A stretch of 32,302 nucleotides of DNA from a virus (taxonomy: Duplodnaviria > Caudoviricetes). Location of the stretch: positions 1 to 32,302 of the IMG/VR virus record IMGVR_UViG_3300030207_001762; one strand, given 5' to 3'. Of this stretch, positions 16,163 through 25,661 are shown piece by piece. Under the pieces are notes generated by a model. It made no database searches. It was not told the origin of the DNA and was given only the letters and a program-made list of their open reading frames with translations. Made by a program: the position numbers and the translations under genes. Position 1 is the first letter of the stretch, and each line of letters opens with the position of its first letter.

Positions 16163-18345
16163 TATTGAACCTTAGTAGACTGGTTTAAAGAAGGTAATGC
16201 AACATAATCTGACAGTAAATTAAATGATAACAAGTGCCACTGTTGATTATTAGTTGTTTTTATACCAAACTGAAACTGATCACACAGTTGTGTGTTCACA
16301 TCATAGCGCAATGTAATAAGCCTGCCTTCTGTTATTTTACTACTGTTAACAGTAAAGGGTACTTTAGTAATGCTTCTATCTTCTGGCCCAAATACTGGGT
16401 CTTCATTTATAGTAAAGACTGTTTCTGATTTGGCTTGTTTTTGTGCAGACGTTTGATTTTCCACATACGAATAATCCACACCATAATAAAAGTCAAAGTT
16501 ATTATCTCCATACGACATTATACGAACTTCAACACTGTAGTATCGAATCTTTACACTATTGTTATCATAAGAATACCATGCGCTTTCCCACATAGCACCT
16601 TCATGTGCAGTATCAGATACTGTCATTACAACTAAATCACCATAGGATGTAATGTTAGAACTTTGTCCCCAGTTGTTAGAGGCTGTCATTACTTGCAATG
16701 GCGAAAACTTTTTTGTTGTGGCATGCAATGCTGGTGTCCAGTGTGGGTCATTGCCAAGCAAAAAATAACCATTAACAGTGTTTGTCATAGCACTCCAATA
16801 TGATTTGCTAGAATCCTCTAATGTTGTTCTAAATGACCACATTGGTATTTGTGGTTCTAAATGCAATACAAATCCAAATCCTGGTGTAGTTTCATCATCA
16901 GTTGGTACATGTATCCAAACTTCTTTTTCACGATAAGAATATGCTGCAACAGTTTTGTGCATCATTGAATGATTTAATCTTTTAAACTGTTTATCTATAG
17001 GCTTGCTTATCTTTTGCATTTGAATAGATGCACCGCCATTTAAACCGCCAGACAGCATCCAGATGCCTTGTTCATTAATAAAGACCACACCTAACTGGGG
17101 AATGACTGTAACAGCGTTACTGGCTACTGTACCAAGCGTATTTGTAATAGTACTAATGTTGTAGGAGTTAGAATCAAAACTAATAATGTTAACAGCAGTT
17201 TCTCTAAATACAATAAGGTTATTGTAAAAGGCTACCATTTGTGTAATGTCACCGCCAGTTTGATTACCTAAGTCAAAGTATGCTAGTGAACCAAACTGTT
17301 CAAAAATACCACTATCAGAGTAGATTATACGACTACCAGCAGCCAACCACAGTCTGTTGTCCCATACTTCACCAAACTTCCAATCTGTAGTAATTGCTGT
17401 ACTTTCTGTAAAGGTTGGTGCTCTGTCTACCAAAAACTTATCTGGCATTGCATCAATATAAAACCGACTAGAGTTTTCATCTATCTGTGCTACAAAATAA
17501 TACAACTCACCATTATCATTTATTTCTTTTGTTCGATAAATGCGTCTAGCAACAACACCTTCTTGACCAATAGGTAAATCCAGTGCAACTCCGTACCTAT
17601 ATGCAGGACTGCCAGCAGGTAAAGACCACGTTACACTTTGTGTATCAGACAAAGGCGATTCTGCACCAAGGTCTGTAATCATCGACATTTTATAATTATA
17701 GGTCAGTGGTATTTCAATAACATTACCACTACTGTCTAGTTCAAGTGTTCCTAATCCATACTGTGAGTTTTTACCAAACCATACAGCAGCACCACCAGTT
17801 AATACTTTACCATCTTGATAATCTGTATCTACATCGTGTGGATTAGCAGATGGTGTTTGTAGTACAAATCCAAAGTCTCTGTACACTTCATCACCACTAA
17901 AAAGCAACGCACGATTACGTCCATTAATAATAAGTACATGTTGCCCAAGGTTTATAAATTGCGACCCTATATCGCCAAGTTTTGGTATATATCTATCTTG
18001 ATCAATAATCACAATGTCAGCATCATATGCGCCACCATTTTTATTACCAAGCATATAATACAGTTTGCCGCCTTGCTCTACAAAAGTATAAATATCTTTA
18101 GTGCCTTGTCTTTTCCATTGATAAACAGCATCTACTTTGTTTGCAAAGTACTTGTTAAATATATCACTAGATACAGTAAAACTTGATGGTATTTCCCACC
18201 AACTTTCAAAACCAATGTTAGCAACCCACCCATCTTCATCTGCATATCGGCAGTTAAAAACAAAGTTAGCGTCACCTAAGTTTGGTGTAAGTATTTCATT
18301 AACACCACCACATGGTACAAATTTACGTAACCTTTGAGGTTTCAT
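16162..18345 (-). CDS. Tail nozzle / hub protein (tubular protein B / P22 gp10-like beta-propeller)
   Basis: 727 aa, beta-rich; WDNRLWLA...IIYSD, GDITQMVAFYNNLIVFRE and LGTVASNAV motifs; RRIYRT motif. Confidence 0.7.
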   Translation of the reverse strand: MKPQRLRKFVPCGGVNEILTPNLGDANFVFNCRYADEDGWVANIGFESWWEIPSSFTVSSDIFNKYFANKVDAVYQWKRQGTKDIYTFVEQGGKLYYMLGNKNGGAYDADIVIIDQDRYIPKLGDIGSQFINLGQHVLIINGRNRALLFSGDEVYRDFGFVLQTPSANPHDVDTDYQDGKVLTGGAAVWFGKNSQYGLGTLELDSSGNVIEIPLTYNYKMSMITDLGAESPLSDTQSVTWSLPAGSPAYRYGVALDLPIGQEGVVARRIYRTKEINDNGELYYFVAQIDENSSRFYIDAMPDKFLVDRAPTFTESTAITTDWKFGEVWDNRLWLAAGSRIIYSDSGIFEQFGSLAYFDLGNQTGGDITQMVAFYNNLIVFRETAVNIISFDSNSYNISTITNTLGTVASNAVTVIPQLGVVFINEQGIWMLSGGLNGGASIQMQKISKPIDKQFKRLNHSMMHKTVAAYSYREKEVWIHVPTDDETTPGFGFVLHLEPQIPMWSFRTTLEDSSKSYWSAMTNTVNGYFLLGNDPHWTPALHATTKKFSPLQVMTASNNWGQSSNITSYGDLVVMTVSDTAHEGAMWESAWYSYDNNSVKIRYYSVEVRIMSYGDNNFDFYYGVDYSYVENQTSAQKQAKSETVFTINEDPVFGPEDRSITKVPFTVNSSKITEGRLITLRYDVNTQLCDQFQFGIKTTNNQQWHLLSFNLLSDYVALPSLNQSTKVQ

Positions 18346-19862
18346 GAAAGTCTCCGAAAGGTACTGCCATCAAATACTGCTGGTGCTTGTCCCAGTTGAA
18401 ACTGACCTCGTTGTATACGCAAGTCTATTTTATCAACATACCGTTTTGCTAGTTGTGCTATTTCCTTCATGTACTTACGTTCATATGTAGTTGCTAAACC
18501 TTGTTGTCCAAGTTTAAGATAAATGTCTTCTAAGGCTTTGTAAACAATAAGTTGATGAAACTCATACGGCATGTTTGGCACATCTGTTTTAATACACAAT
18601 GGTGTAGGCTTTACCATGTACCTCATTACACCTTCACGCACGAAGTCTTCGGGTTGCAGCAGTTGACTTTGAGCATCTTTGATTTGTTCTAAAGAATAGT
18701 CATACCCATTTACTCTTGGATATGGACGTATTTGTTGATGTTGTCCATCTATTTCAATATATCGTTGCGCTTTGTTGTTAAACTGTGATGTTTGTTTTAT
18801 AACAAGTGTTGAGCTTGTATCTTCAACTTCAACAGGTTTCATATAGTCTTGATTATTTGAAGCACTAATAGCATTATTTAATCCATATATTAGTGCAGTC
18901 CAACATGGTAATCCTTTACGTTCACCTGTTGTCGGATCAAAGTTTTGATTCCAAAATACAACTTTGCGATGTCCTTCCCACTCATCTGGTATTTGCCAAG
19001 TGCTTTTATAACTTTCAGCAAAAATTGGGTCATCATTCCATGATGTAAATGTAAGTGTTAATCCTTTATTATCTGCACCTACTTTATGTATTACTGATTC
19101 TGATAACGCACCGACCTTGCCATCTTTTACAAATGCATAGCAGATTTCATAATACGTACTTCCTGTTAAGTTTGCTCCAGCAACTTCTGTATCAGCAATA
19201 GTAAGGTTTTCTCCAGGACGAGTTAACTTTGCTGGTGATGGAATATATGCCTCTGCATATCCCATTTCGTAATCAGTTCTAAGGTTAAGTTCTTCTTCTC
19301 GCCTAGGTAGTATGGCTGTACTTTTACCATACGGGTTTTGTGTTCCTGTTGCGCTTACATAAGGGTAATCTCTATGACCAAGATACAGCAGCTCTAAACA
19401 ATCTTTTGGTAAATCGTACCATCTTTTTTTAATTTTCCATGATGTATTTTTAGTGCTGTCAACACCTTCAAAGGCTCGGTCTAGCAATATAGTTGTACCC
19501 GATATAACTTTATTTATAATGTATTCTTGATTGTCAATCTCAATAGGTTGACCTTCCCATTGGTCTTTGTAAAAAATAAGCCTATCAATGCTTACATCAA
19601 ACACTACTTGTCTTTGTGCTTGATTAACTACAGCCAATACTTCTGTTGCTGCTCCAGCATTACCTAGGTCTGTACTTTTTGTAATGTCTACATGAAACCT
19701 CAACTCACCTAACTTAGTAGCAAAGTTCCATCGTTTCATTGTCCATATACAATAATAGGCATCATTGATAAGGTCATCAAGTTGATTGTTAAACTGTTGA
19801 AGTTCTGGACTGTAATCCGTAATGTTTTTAACTTTTTGTCTTAGTTGCTCTAGATTAGCCAT
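18342..19862 (-). CDS. Head-tail adaptor-like protein with insertions (start re-assigned to ATG 19862, 506 aa)
   Basis: MANLEQLRQKV...LINDAY.......WNF N-terminus and DVP.MP.EFHQLIVY.AL C-terminus; GAGGT SD; the track's extension overlaps the terminator and the previous gene. Confidence 0.65.
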   Translation of the reverse strand: MANLEQLRQKVKNITDYSPELQQFNNQLDDLINDAYYCIWTMKRWNFATKLGELRFHVDITKSTDLGNAGAATEVLAVVNQAQRQVVFDVSIDRLIFYKDQWEGQPIEIDNQEYIINKVISGTTILLDRAFEGVDSTKNTSWKIKKRWYDLPKDCLELLYLGHRDYPYVSATGTQNPYGKSTAILPRREEELNLRTDYEMGYAEAYIPSPAKLTRPGENLTIADTEVAGANLTGSTYYEICYAFVKDGKVGALSESVIHKVGADNKGLTLTFTSWNDDPIFAESYKSTWQIPDEWEGHRKVVFWNQNFDPTTGERKGLPCWTALIYGLNNAISASNNQDYMKPVEVEDTSSTLVIKQTSQFNNKAQRYIEIDGQHQQIRPYPRVNGYDYSLEQIKDAQSQLLQPEDFVREGVMRYMVKPTPLCIKTDVPNMPYEFHQLIVYKALEDIYLKLGQQGLATTYERKYMKEIAQLAKRYVDKIDLRIQRGQFQLGQAPAVFDGSTFRRLS

Positions 19863-19874
19863 GTTTACCTCAAC

Positions 19875-19904
19875 AAAAAAGGGTGGGTGCAATACCCACC
19901 CTTT
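19875..19904 (-). terminator. Intrinsic terminator after capsid and decoration genes
   Basis: Minus strand AAAGGGTGGGT-ATTGC-ACCCACCC-TTTTTT. Confidence 0.85.
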
Positions 19905-19926
19905 AGGTTTGTTTCTATATTTAAGA

Positions 19927-20406
19927 TTAGAATTGTTTGATAACAAACACGATAGCAGTTCCACCTGCTTCAGCAGCACCTGCAATAGCAAGAATAGGAT
20001 CTTCAAAAGTGCCTTGATAGGGTTCAAGAACACCTGCTGTAGTATTGTAAATACTAAGGCTTTCACCTACACCAGTACCTGCTTTTACTTTTGCTTCAGC
20101 CATACCACCGATACATACATCAACTGTATCTCCAGCAGCGGCAGCAGCACCAATAGCAATACCGATACCACATCGTTTAGTTTGTGTACCAGTGTCGGCT
20201 TTCATTACAAAGATAGCCTTGTCACCGTTATTTGTTTTAGACAAATCCAAAGACAATGCATCACCAACTGCAATTGCTTCTGAGGCAATAAATGTCTCGA
20301 CTTGTCGTCGGTTCATTGCTTCGATGCCAACTGCAACTGTACCACCAGAAGGAAGTGCGTTGTATTGTGATGTTTCTAAATATTGAATCAAGTTTTGAGT
20401 AGCCAT
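19927..20406 (-). CDS. Capsid decoration / cement protein
   Basis: Ala/Gly-rich with GIAIGAAAAAGDTVDVCIGG pattern; directly after the capsid gene; AGGAGG SD. Confidence 0.65.
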   Translation of the reverse strand: MATQNLIQYLETSQYNALPSGGTVAVGIEAMNRRQVETFIASEAIAVGDALSLDLSKTNNGDKAIFVMKADTGTQTKRCGIGIAIGAAAAAGDTVDVCIGGMAEAKVKAGTGVGESLSIYNTTAGVLEPYQGTFEDPILAIAGAAEAGGTAIVFVIKQF

Positions 20407-20418
20407 GGTAGCCTCCTA

Positions 20419-21423
20419 TTAGTTATAAACTTCACCGTCAACAAGCAAACCTTGAGAACCAAGATGGTCTGCAATCAATTGCATTTTAACATACAATTGA
20501 GCAGCACGTGCTGTTGTACCAGAAATATGTTCAAAAGGAGAAACTGCAAAGTCAGCATCTTTGTGCATGCACAACTTAACACCTTCAAAGTTTAGGAGGT
20601 AAGCAGAGTAGTTTTTACCGCCACCAACAAATCCCATTTCAAGATCTTGTTCAACAACAGCACCACCAAATGCTAATTGCATACGTCCACCATCAAGAGT
20701 TTTCTCGTTGATAAAACGTTCTTGAGCAAACAATGCACGGCGATAGTTAGCCATAGCAGCCTCAGACATAAGCACACAATCAATTTGTCCCATAGGAGCA
20801 ACTGATCCAGCCTGGATTGAGATTTGTTGCATTAAACGAATACCGTTTGCTTCAAAGTTATCCAATGCATCTTGAAATTGGTTAGTCCAACCATTAACAT
20901 TGTATGTTGCTTTTGAAATACCACCAACATCATTGTTTTGAGCAGCCTTAGCAGCAGCCTCAATAAATCCACCAGTAACAGCACCATTTAATGTGTTGAC
21001 ACCAGTAAGAATAGTTGAAGAACCAGCAAGCAATTGCTTGTTAAGTTCACGACGCAACATACCCATTACAGAGCGCATACGAGCTTCAACAATTTTTACG
21101 ATTGCTTTTTCGCCACTGTTTTCAAGTTCTTCTTTTTTGGTGATAACAATAGGAGCAGTAAAGTCGGCCCACTCGTAAATAGCAGGTTGCAATACATCCT
21201 TTACAGCCAAGTTAATAGCCTCGTAGCCAGTAGGAAGATTTGTGATTTGTGAGTGTTCAGCGATTGAGAGTGGACGTTGGATTTTAATACCACCATCTTC
21301 ATACTCAATACCACCAAAACGTTTTGCGTTATCTAAAAACGCAATTTTTTGAAAGAGTTCGTCTACTTCGCCATCACGGATGGAATACAAAGTTGACGAC
21401 AATAAGTCATTTGAAATAGCCAT
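20419..21423 (-). CDS. Major capsid protein (HK97 fold)
   Basis: 334 aa; downstream of the scaffold with its own promoter; GG.KIQRPL, ELENSG, VGGISK and terminal QG.L motifs. Confidence 0.8.
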   Translation of the reverse strand: MAISNDLLSSTLYSIRDGEVDELFQKIAFLDNAKRFGGIEYEDGGIKIQRPLSIAEHSQITNLPTGYEAINLAVKDVLQPAIYEWADFTAPIVITKKEELENSGEKAIVKIVEARMRSVMGMLRRELNKQLLAGSSTILTGVNTLNGAVTGGFIEAAAKAAQNNDVGGISKATYNVNGWTNQFQDALDNFEANGIRLMQQISIQAGSVAPMGQIDCVLMSEAAMANYRRALFAQERFINEKTLDGGRMQLAFGGAVVEQDLEMGFVGGGKNYSAYLLNFEGVKLCMHKDADFAVSPFEHISGTTARAAQLYVKMQLIADHLGSQGLLVDGEVYN

Positions 21424-21511
21424 TGTATTACCTAATTATTTTGTTGTAAAATTTTGTAAACATGTTCCTGATGGAATGTTGTGTGGGTGCTGTTTCCAGT
21501 CCAATACTGAT

Positions 21512-21540
21512 AGTGTACCGTTACGCAAACGGTGTGTCAA
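21512..21540 (-). promoter_or_regulatory. Sigma70 promoter of the capsid gene with an inverted repeat in the spacer
   Basis: TTGACA (21540-21535), 17 nt, TACACT (21517-21512); ACCGTT-N5-AACGGT at 21517-21533. Confidence 0.75.
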
Positions 21541-21541
21541 G

Positions 21542-22000
21542 TTATTGATTTCTGTATTCACCTATCCATAAGTGTAAATACAGCCCAGGACACTGTGTAT
21601 TGCCCTTTTCTCTATGTGTAAAAACATCGCTCAAGTCTATGTCTAAGTCTTCTCTTAGAGAATCTAAAAGCAAGCGCAAACTATTTAACTGTTCTTGATT
21701 AGGCTTTTCATTATTTGTATTGCCAGTTACACAAACACCAATAGAATTAGCATTGTGTCCACGACAATGTGCGCCACTTGTATTGATATGTCTACCTTCA
21801 TGAATAGTGCCATCTTCAGTAATTACAAAATGGTATCCAATGTCAGACCATCCGTTCTCAATAGTATGCCATCTATAAATCTGTTTAAATGTAGTAGATA
21901 CTGAAGACGCAGTATGATGTACAATAACTGAGTCGATGTTGCGTTCAACAGTAGGTGCAGATACACGGCGTTTTAACTTTTCTAACTCAAATGTTTTCAT
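21542..22000 (-). CDS. N-acetylmuramoyl-L-alanine amidase (Amidase_2, T7 lysozyme-like endolysin)
   Basis: IVHHTA, GWSDIGYHFVI..DG.I..GR, GAHCRGHN.NSIGVC, H.....TQCPG (Zn ligands His, His, Cys). Confidence 0.93.
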   Translation of the reverse strand: MKTFELEKLKRRVSAPTVERNIDSVIVHHTASSVSTTFKQIYRWHTIENGWSDIGYHFVITEDGTIHEGRHINTSGAHCRGHNANSIGVCVTGNTNNEKPNQEQLNSLRLLLDSLREDLDIDLSDVFTHREKGNTQCPGLYLHLWIGEYRNQ

Positions 22001-22872
22001 TTTTTACTCTGTTGTGATTTATGATACTGGTACGCTTCCCATGCATTTCTAAATCGAGGTACACCAGATGGACTTACTGCTTTGCCTGTGCTTGTTTTTT
22101 TCAGTGCTTTACGCCTTACACTTTTCTGCTTTGCCAATTCTTCACGTTCTTCTTTTGCTTTTGCTGCTTCAACTTTTGCTTTTACAATATAAAAAGCATC
22201 TTCAAGTTTAAGTTCTGGACGATCTTGCAGCATTTGCGCAACTGGTAGTCTATATTCATTATCCATTAGTTCTGGATTGTCTGCTTTAAACTGTTGCAGT
22301 TGCATACGACGTTGTTCTACTTGTATTTGTTCTTGTGCAGGCTTCATCATTTCTTGCAACATTAAAGATGCTTGACGTTTTATTTCTGCTTGTAGACCAG
22401 CCTCTGTATACAAGTCATTAGGTTGTTCACCTTGTTTTTCGAGTTCTGCTTGTGCTTGTTGCAAATATGGATTGTTAACGGCAAGTTGTCGTTGTTGATG
22501 CAGTGCATCTCGTTCTGCTGCCAGTTCTCTTCGCATTTCAGCAAGTTCTTGTGTCTTTTTAGTATATGATGAGCGTATATTAGCAACATGTTTACGAACA
22601 TCCTCTGGTATGTGCTGCATCCATTCATGCAATGGCTTCATACCTTTATGGTTTGCGTCCTCTTCAAACTCTTCATAATCAACAGCAGTAAGTTCCATTA
22701 ATTCTTCAATGGTTAACAATTCTGGCTCTGCCTCTTCCACAACCTCTTCTTCATTTTCTTCAATGTTTTCAGTAGGTTGTTCACTTTCTTCTTGAACTGT
22801 TTCTTCTACTGCTTCTGTTTCTTCTACGTCTTTAACAGTCTCCACACTGGAGGTATTGTCATTCATCGTCAT
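21997..22872 (-). CDS. Capsid scaffolding protein
   Basis: Acidic N-terminus, SYTKKTQELAE motif, coiled coil, basic C-terminus; upstream of the capsid gene. Confidence 0.75.
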   Translation of the reverse strand: MTMNDNTSSVETVKDVEETEAVEETVQEESEQPTENIEENEEEVVEEAEPELLTIEELMELTAVDYEEFEEDANHKGMKPLHEWMQHIPEDVRKHVANIRSSYTKKTQELAEMRRELAAERDALHQQRQLAVNNPYLQQAQAELEKQGEQPNDLYTEAGLQAEIKRQASLMLQEMMKPAQEQIQVEQRRMQLQQFKADNPELMDNEYRLPVAQMLQDRPELKLEDAFYIVKAKVEAAKAKEEREELAKQKSVRRKALKKTSTGKAVSPSGVPRFRNAWEAYQYHKSQQSKK

Positions 22873-23024
22873 TTCCTTTTGTATGTGCCTTTTTTAGGCA
22901 TGGTTTTTTTGCGTTTTGCAGTTTTGGCTTTAGCCAATTTTTTACTTTTTGTAACTCTTGCTTTTTTTGCTGCTGCTTTTCCTTTGGCTGTATAAGGAAA
23001 CTTTTTCCCGTTAACTTTAGGCAT
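22869..23024 (-). CDS. 51-aa Lys/Ala-rich histone-H1-like peptide missing from the ORF track
   Basis: MPKVNGKKFPYTAKGKAAAKKARVTKSKKLAKAKTAKRKKTMPKKGTYKRK; TAATG overlap upstream and ATGA overlap downstream. Confidence 0.85.
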   Translation of the reverse strand: MPKVNGKKFPYTAKGKAAAKKARVTKSKKLAKAKTAKRKKTMPKKGTYKRK

Positions 23025-23539
23025 TACAATCTCTCCAAAAATAGTGCGTCAATGTTACGAGTGTTTGGCTCATCGTCTAGGTCTTCTGTTTCTTCTTCAT
23101 CGTTTTGAGCCATTTCTTCGCCCATTTCATCTGGCATTTCTTTTAAATAACGACGAAAATCTTTACTACTAGCAACACTACTAATCTTTCCTGCTACCAT
23201 ATTTAACATAGGATCATTAGTAATCTCTTCGATAGCAAAGCCCATTTCTTCATCTAACATATCTTTATCGATAGCATCTTGTATAGCACCTTCAAACATT
23301 GCTAGTACACGAACAAAGTCTGTAGGTAACCGTTGCTCATTGTTTGTAAACTGTGGGTAATCTGGTGTTTGATCAAATAAAGGCAACAAACGATTTGCTG
23401 CTTTTACCAGATTGTTTAATGATTTAGCACTAAAGTTTCCTGTTGGAGCCATTTCTTCAAATGCCATCTCATCATCTTGCTCTGCTTGTGCAATTTCAAC
23501 TTCAAAGCCTGGCATGCCTTTCATCATTTCGTCTTTCAT
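23024..23539 (-). CDS. Acidic hypothetical protein in the head module
   Basis: 171-aa D/E/M-rich ORF; GGAG SD; coupled on both sides. Confidence 0.7.
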   Translation of the reverse strand: MKDEMMKGMPGFEVEIAQAEQDDEMAFEEMAPTGNFSAKSLNNLVKAANRLLPLFDQTPDYPQFTNNEQRLPTDFVRVLAMFEGAIQDAIDKDMLDEEMGFAIEEITNDPMLNMVAGKISSVASSKDFRRYLKEMPDEMGEEMAQNDEEETEDLDDEPNTRNIDALFLERL

Positions 23540-24024
23540 TTTGTACTCCCGAAGGTTTTATCTAGTTTACCCGACAATGCGTCATGCGCAGGAAATGCTT
23601 CAACGACTGCCTCTTCTTTTGTTTTACCACTTTTAAGTGCATCTGTGTATACATTTATATGTTTATCTTGTTCCGATACTCTATTTTTTTGCGTTTCTAC
23701 TGCCTTATCCCAGCGATCTGCAGGCAAATCTGCCTCACAAACAAAGCCTCTATCTTCCATAATCTTTTGTGCAACCTGTGGATTGCTAACATGCTTACCC
23801 AATGCCTTGCTAAAATAACCATTGACACCATATGTACCAGTACCATTCCATGTACTATTTTTGCTTGGTGCTCTTAACAAGCGTACTATTTCCCCACCAC
23901 ATCCTTCATCGCTAGTATCAGTACCACAGATTTTTGGTTCTCTGTTTTCGTCAACCATTGCAATACTTACAATCTCTTCATGTATATGACTACACCACAA
24001 ACAACCATACTGATACAATGGCAT
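23536..24024 (-). CDS. FmdB-like zinc-ribbon protein
   Basis: MPLYQYGCLWCSHIHE...ICG......GCGGEIVRL matches the MPxYxYxCxxC pattern. Confidence 0.75.
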   Translation of the reverse strand: MPLYQYGCLWCSHIHEEIVSIAMVDENREPKICGTDTSDEGCGGEIVRLLRAPSKNSTWNGTGTYGVNGYFSKALGKHVSNPQVAQKIMEDRGFVCEADLPADRWDKAVETQKNRVSEQDKHINVYTDALKSGKTKEEAVVEAFPAHDALSGKLDKTFGSTK

Positions 24025-25661
24025 TACAACCTACCTTGATTAATAGCATTTGCAAACTGTTGGCTTGGTAGATTACCCTGCGCATCTATTTCACCAGCCT
24101 GTGTTTGCACACCTTCAGCAGTAGGCATTTGCTGACCCATCTGTTGAGCTTGCTCCATGGCTTCTTTAAAACTGTCTGGCATTTCAAACAAGCGTATAAG
24201 TTCATCTTTAATAGTCGCTGGATTAACACCAAGTTGCAACAATACTGGCAGCAACTGTACAATGTTATTTCTTTTCAATGCTTGTGATAGTGGTGTACTA
24301 CTTTGGTCTAATGCAACAATCTTAAACTTGGCTTCTAAATCAATCGTGCTTATAATTTTTGGTTTACCATCAACATCAATAACTGCCGCATCTCCTTCTT
24401 CAGACATAAGAGAAACAATACGCAAATACGTTTCTGCAATCAGTTCAATAGTATTATCACGCTCACGGGCTAGTTTACCAATCTCGGATGCAGAGTATTG
24501 TGCTAATGCCGCAACCTCTGTTGCTGTTGCCTTAGTCGCTTCACCTCTACTAAAAGGGGCTAAGATACTCCCTCGGTTAATATCGTTTTCAATGAAACCT
24601 AAATACCTATCGAAATTACCAGATAAAGGTTCAACCCCTACTTGTTGTATTACACCTTGCAACACTGGTTCATCAACTGCTATCATTGCACCATCAACAC
24701 CAGCAGTAATCTTAGCCAAAGCCTCTTCATCTAACGAACCCTCTTTGTACAGGTATTGTCTGCTGTCACGACGCACAGCATTTGCCCAATAGGTTCGTAA
24801 AATGTTTTTCTCATAAAACTGATCGTATACCCTACTAACAGCACTAAGACCACACATTGGTTTCTCTGGCTTTCGAGCATAGTACAATGGGCATATAGGT
24901 GACATAGGTTTATCATCATACGACCGTATAGGTATCTCTGTTTTCTCCAGTATACCTTCACCTTCTTTGTAGTTTGGTGACCAAAAATACAATTGGTCAT
25001 ACAACATATCATAAAACTCTACTATTTGAATATATAAATAGTCATCTGGCAGATCTTCTGTTACGCCACTGTATCGCCCTGAAGGAGTAAAGAACTCCAC
25101 CTTAGGAATAGCAGTGTATGATTTATTACCAAACTTTTCCTTTGCCTCTGGAATACTAAGGTAATACGTATGGGCTACAAATCGTTGTTCGTCGAATGAA
25201 CTAGCATCCATATCGACGATAACTTCCCAACAAGGCAGAGCACGGATACTTACCTTTTCCAACAAATCCGTGCTCTCGGTTGGGGAAAGTTTTAAAAAAC
25301 TACTAGGATATATCAACGCTAAACGACTAGCAATCTCTAGTTGCTCACGCTTATCAAACAAAAAACGATTTATAATGGCTTCTGCCATTTCTGGATTTGC
25401 ACTGAGATTTGATGTATCTTTACCAACAACAACAGCAGGATTCCTACTAAACAGCGATGCAATAAATCCTTCAACATAACTAAAACAATCCGCTGTCTCT
25501 ACACGTATCATCGTGTCTTCCATATACTCGTTTTGCCAAAAACGATTCTCGTATACATCTCGGTAACGCTTAAGTTCAGATTTCATCTGATCATAAAAGT
25601 GATTGTGCTCATCAAGCACTGTGCGTATCAAATGTACAATGTCTGCCTTAGTTCTCATCAT
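24024..25661 (-). CDS. Portal protein
   Basis: 545 aa; after the terminase; TATEV motif, helical, Gln-rich tail typical of P22/T7-like portals. Confidence 0.8.
   Translation of the reverse strand: MMRTKADIVHLIRTVLDEHNHFYDQMKSELKRYRDVYENRFWQNEYMEDTMIRVETADCFSYVEGFIASLFSRNPAVVVGKDTSNLSANPEMAEAIINRFLFDKREQLEIASRLALIYPSSFLKLSPTESTDLLEKVSIRALPCWEVIVDMDASSFDEQRFVAHTYYLSIPEAKEKFGNKSYTAIPKVEFFTPSGRYSGVTEDLPDDYLYIQIVEFYDMLYDQLYFWSPNYKEGEGILEKTEIPIRSYDDKPMSPICPLYYARKPEKPMCGLSAVSRVYDQFYEKNILRTYWANAVRRDSRQYLYKEGSLDEEALAKITAGVDGAMIAVDEPVLQGVIQQVGVEPLSGNFDRYLGFIENDINRGSILAPFSRGEATKATATEVAALAQYSASEIGKLARERDNTIELIAETYLRIVSLMSEEGDAAVIDVDGKPKIISTIDLEAKFKIVALDQSSTPLSQALKRNNIVQLLPVLLQLGVNPATIKDELIRLFEMPDSFKEAMEQAQQMGQQMPTAEGVQTQAGEIDAQGNLPSQQFANAINQGRL

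Noticed and set aside
19863-20066. N-terminal extension of the adaptor ORF as a frameshift or overlap product
   Set aside because: It crosses a terminator; a good SD and ATG exist at 19862; no slippery site was seen
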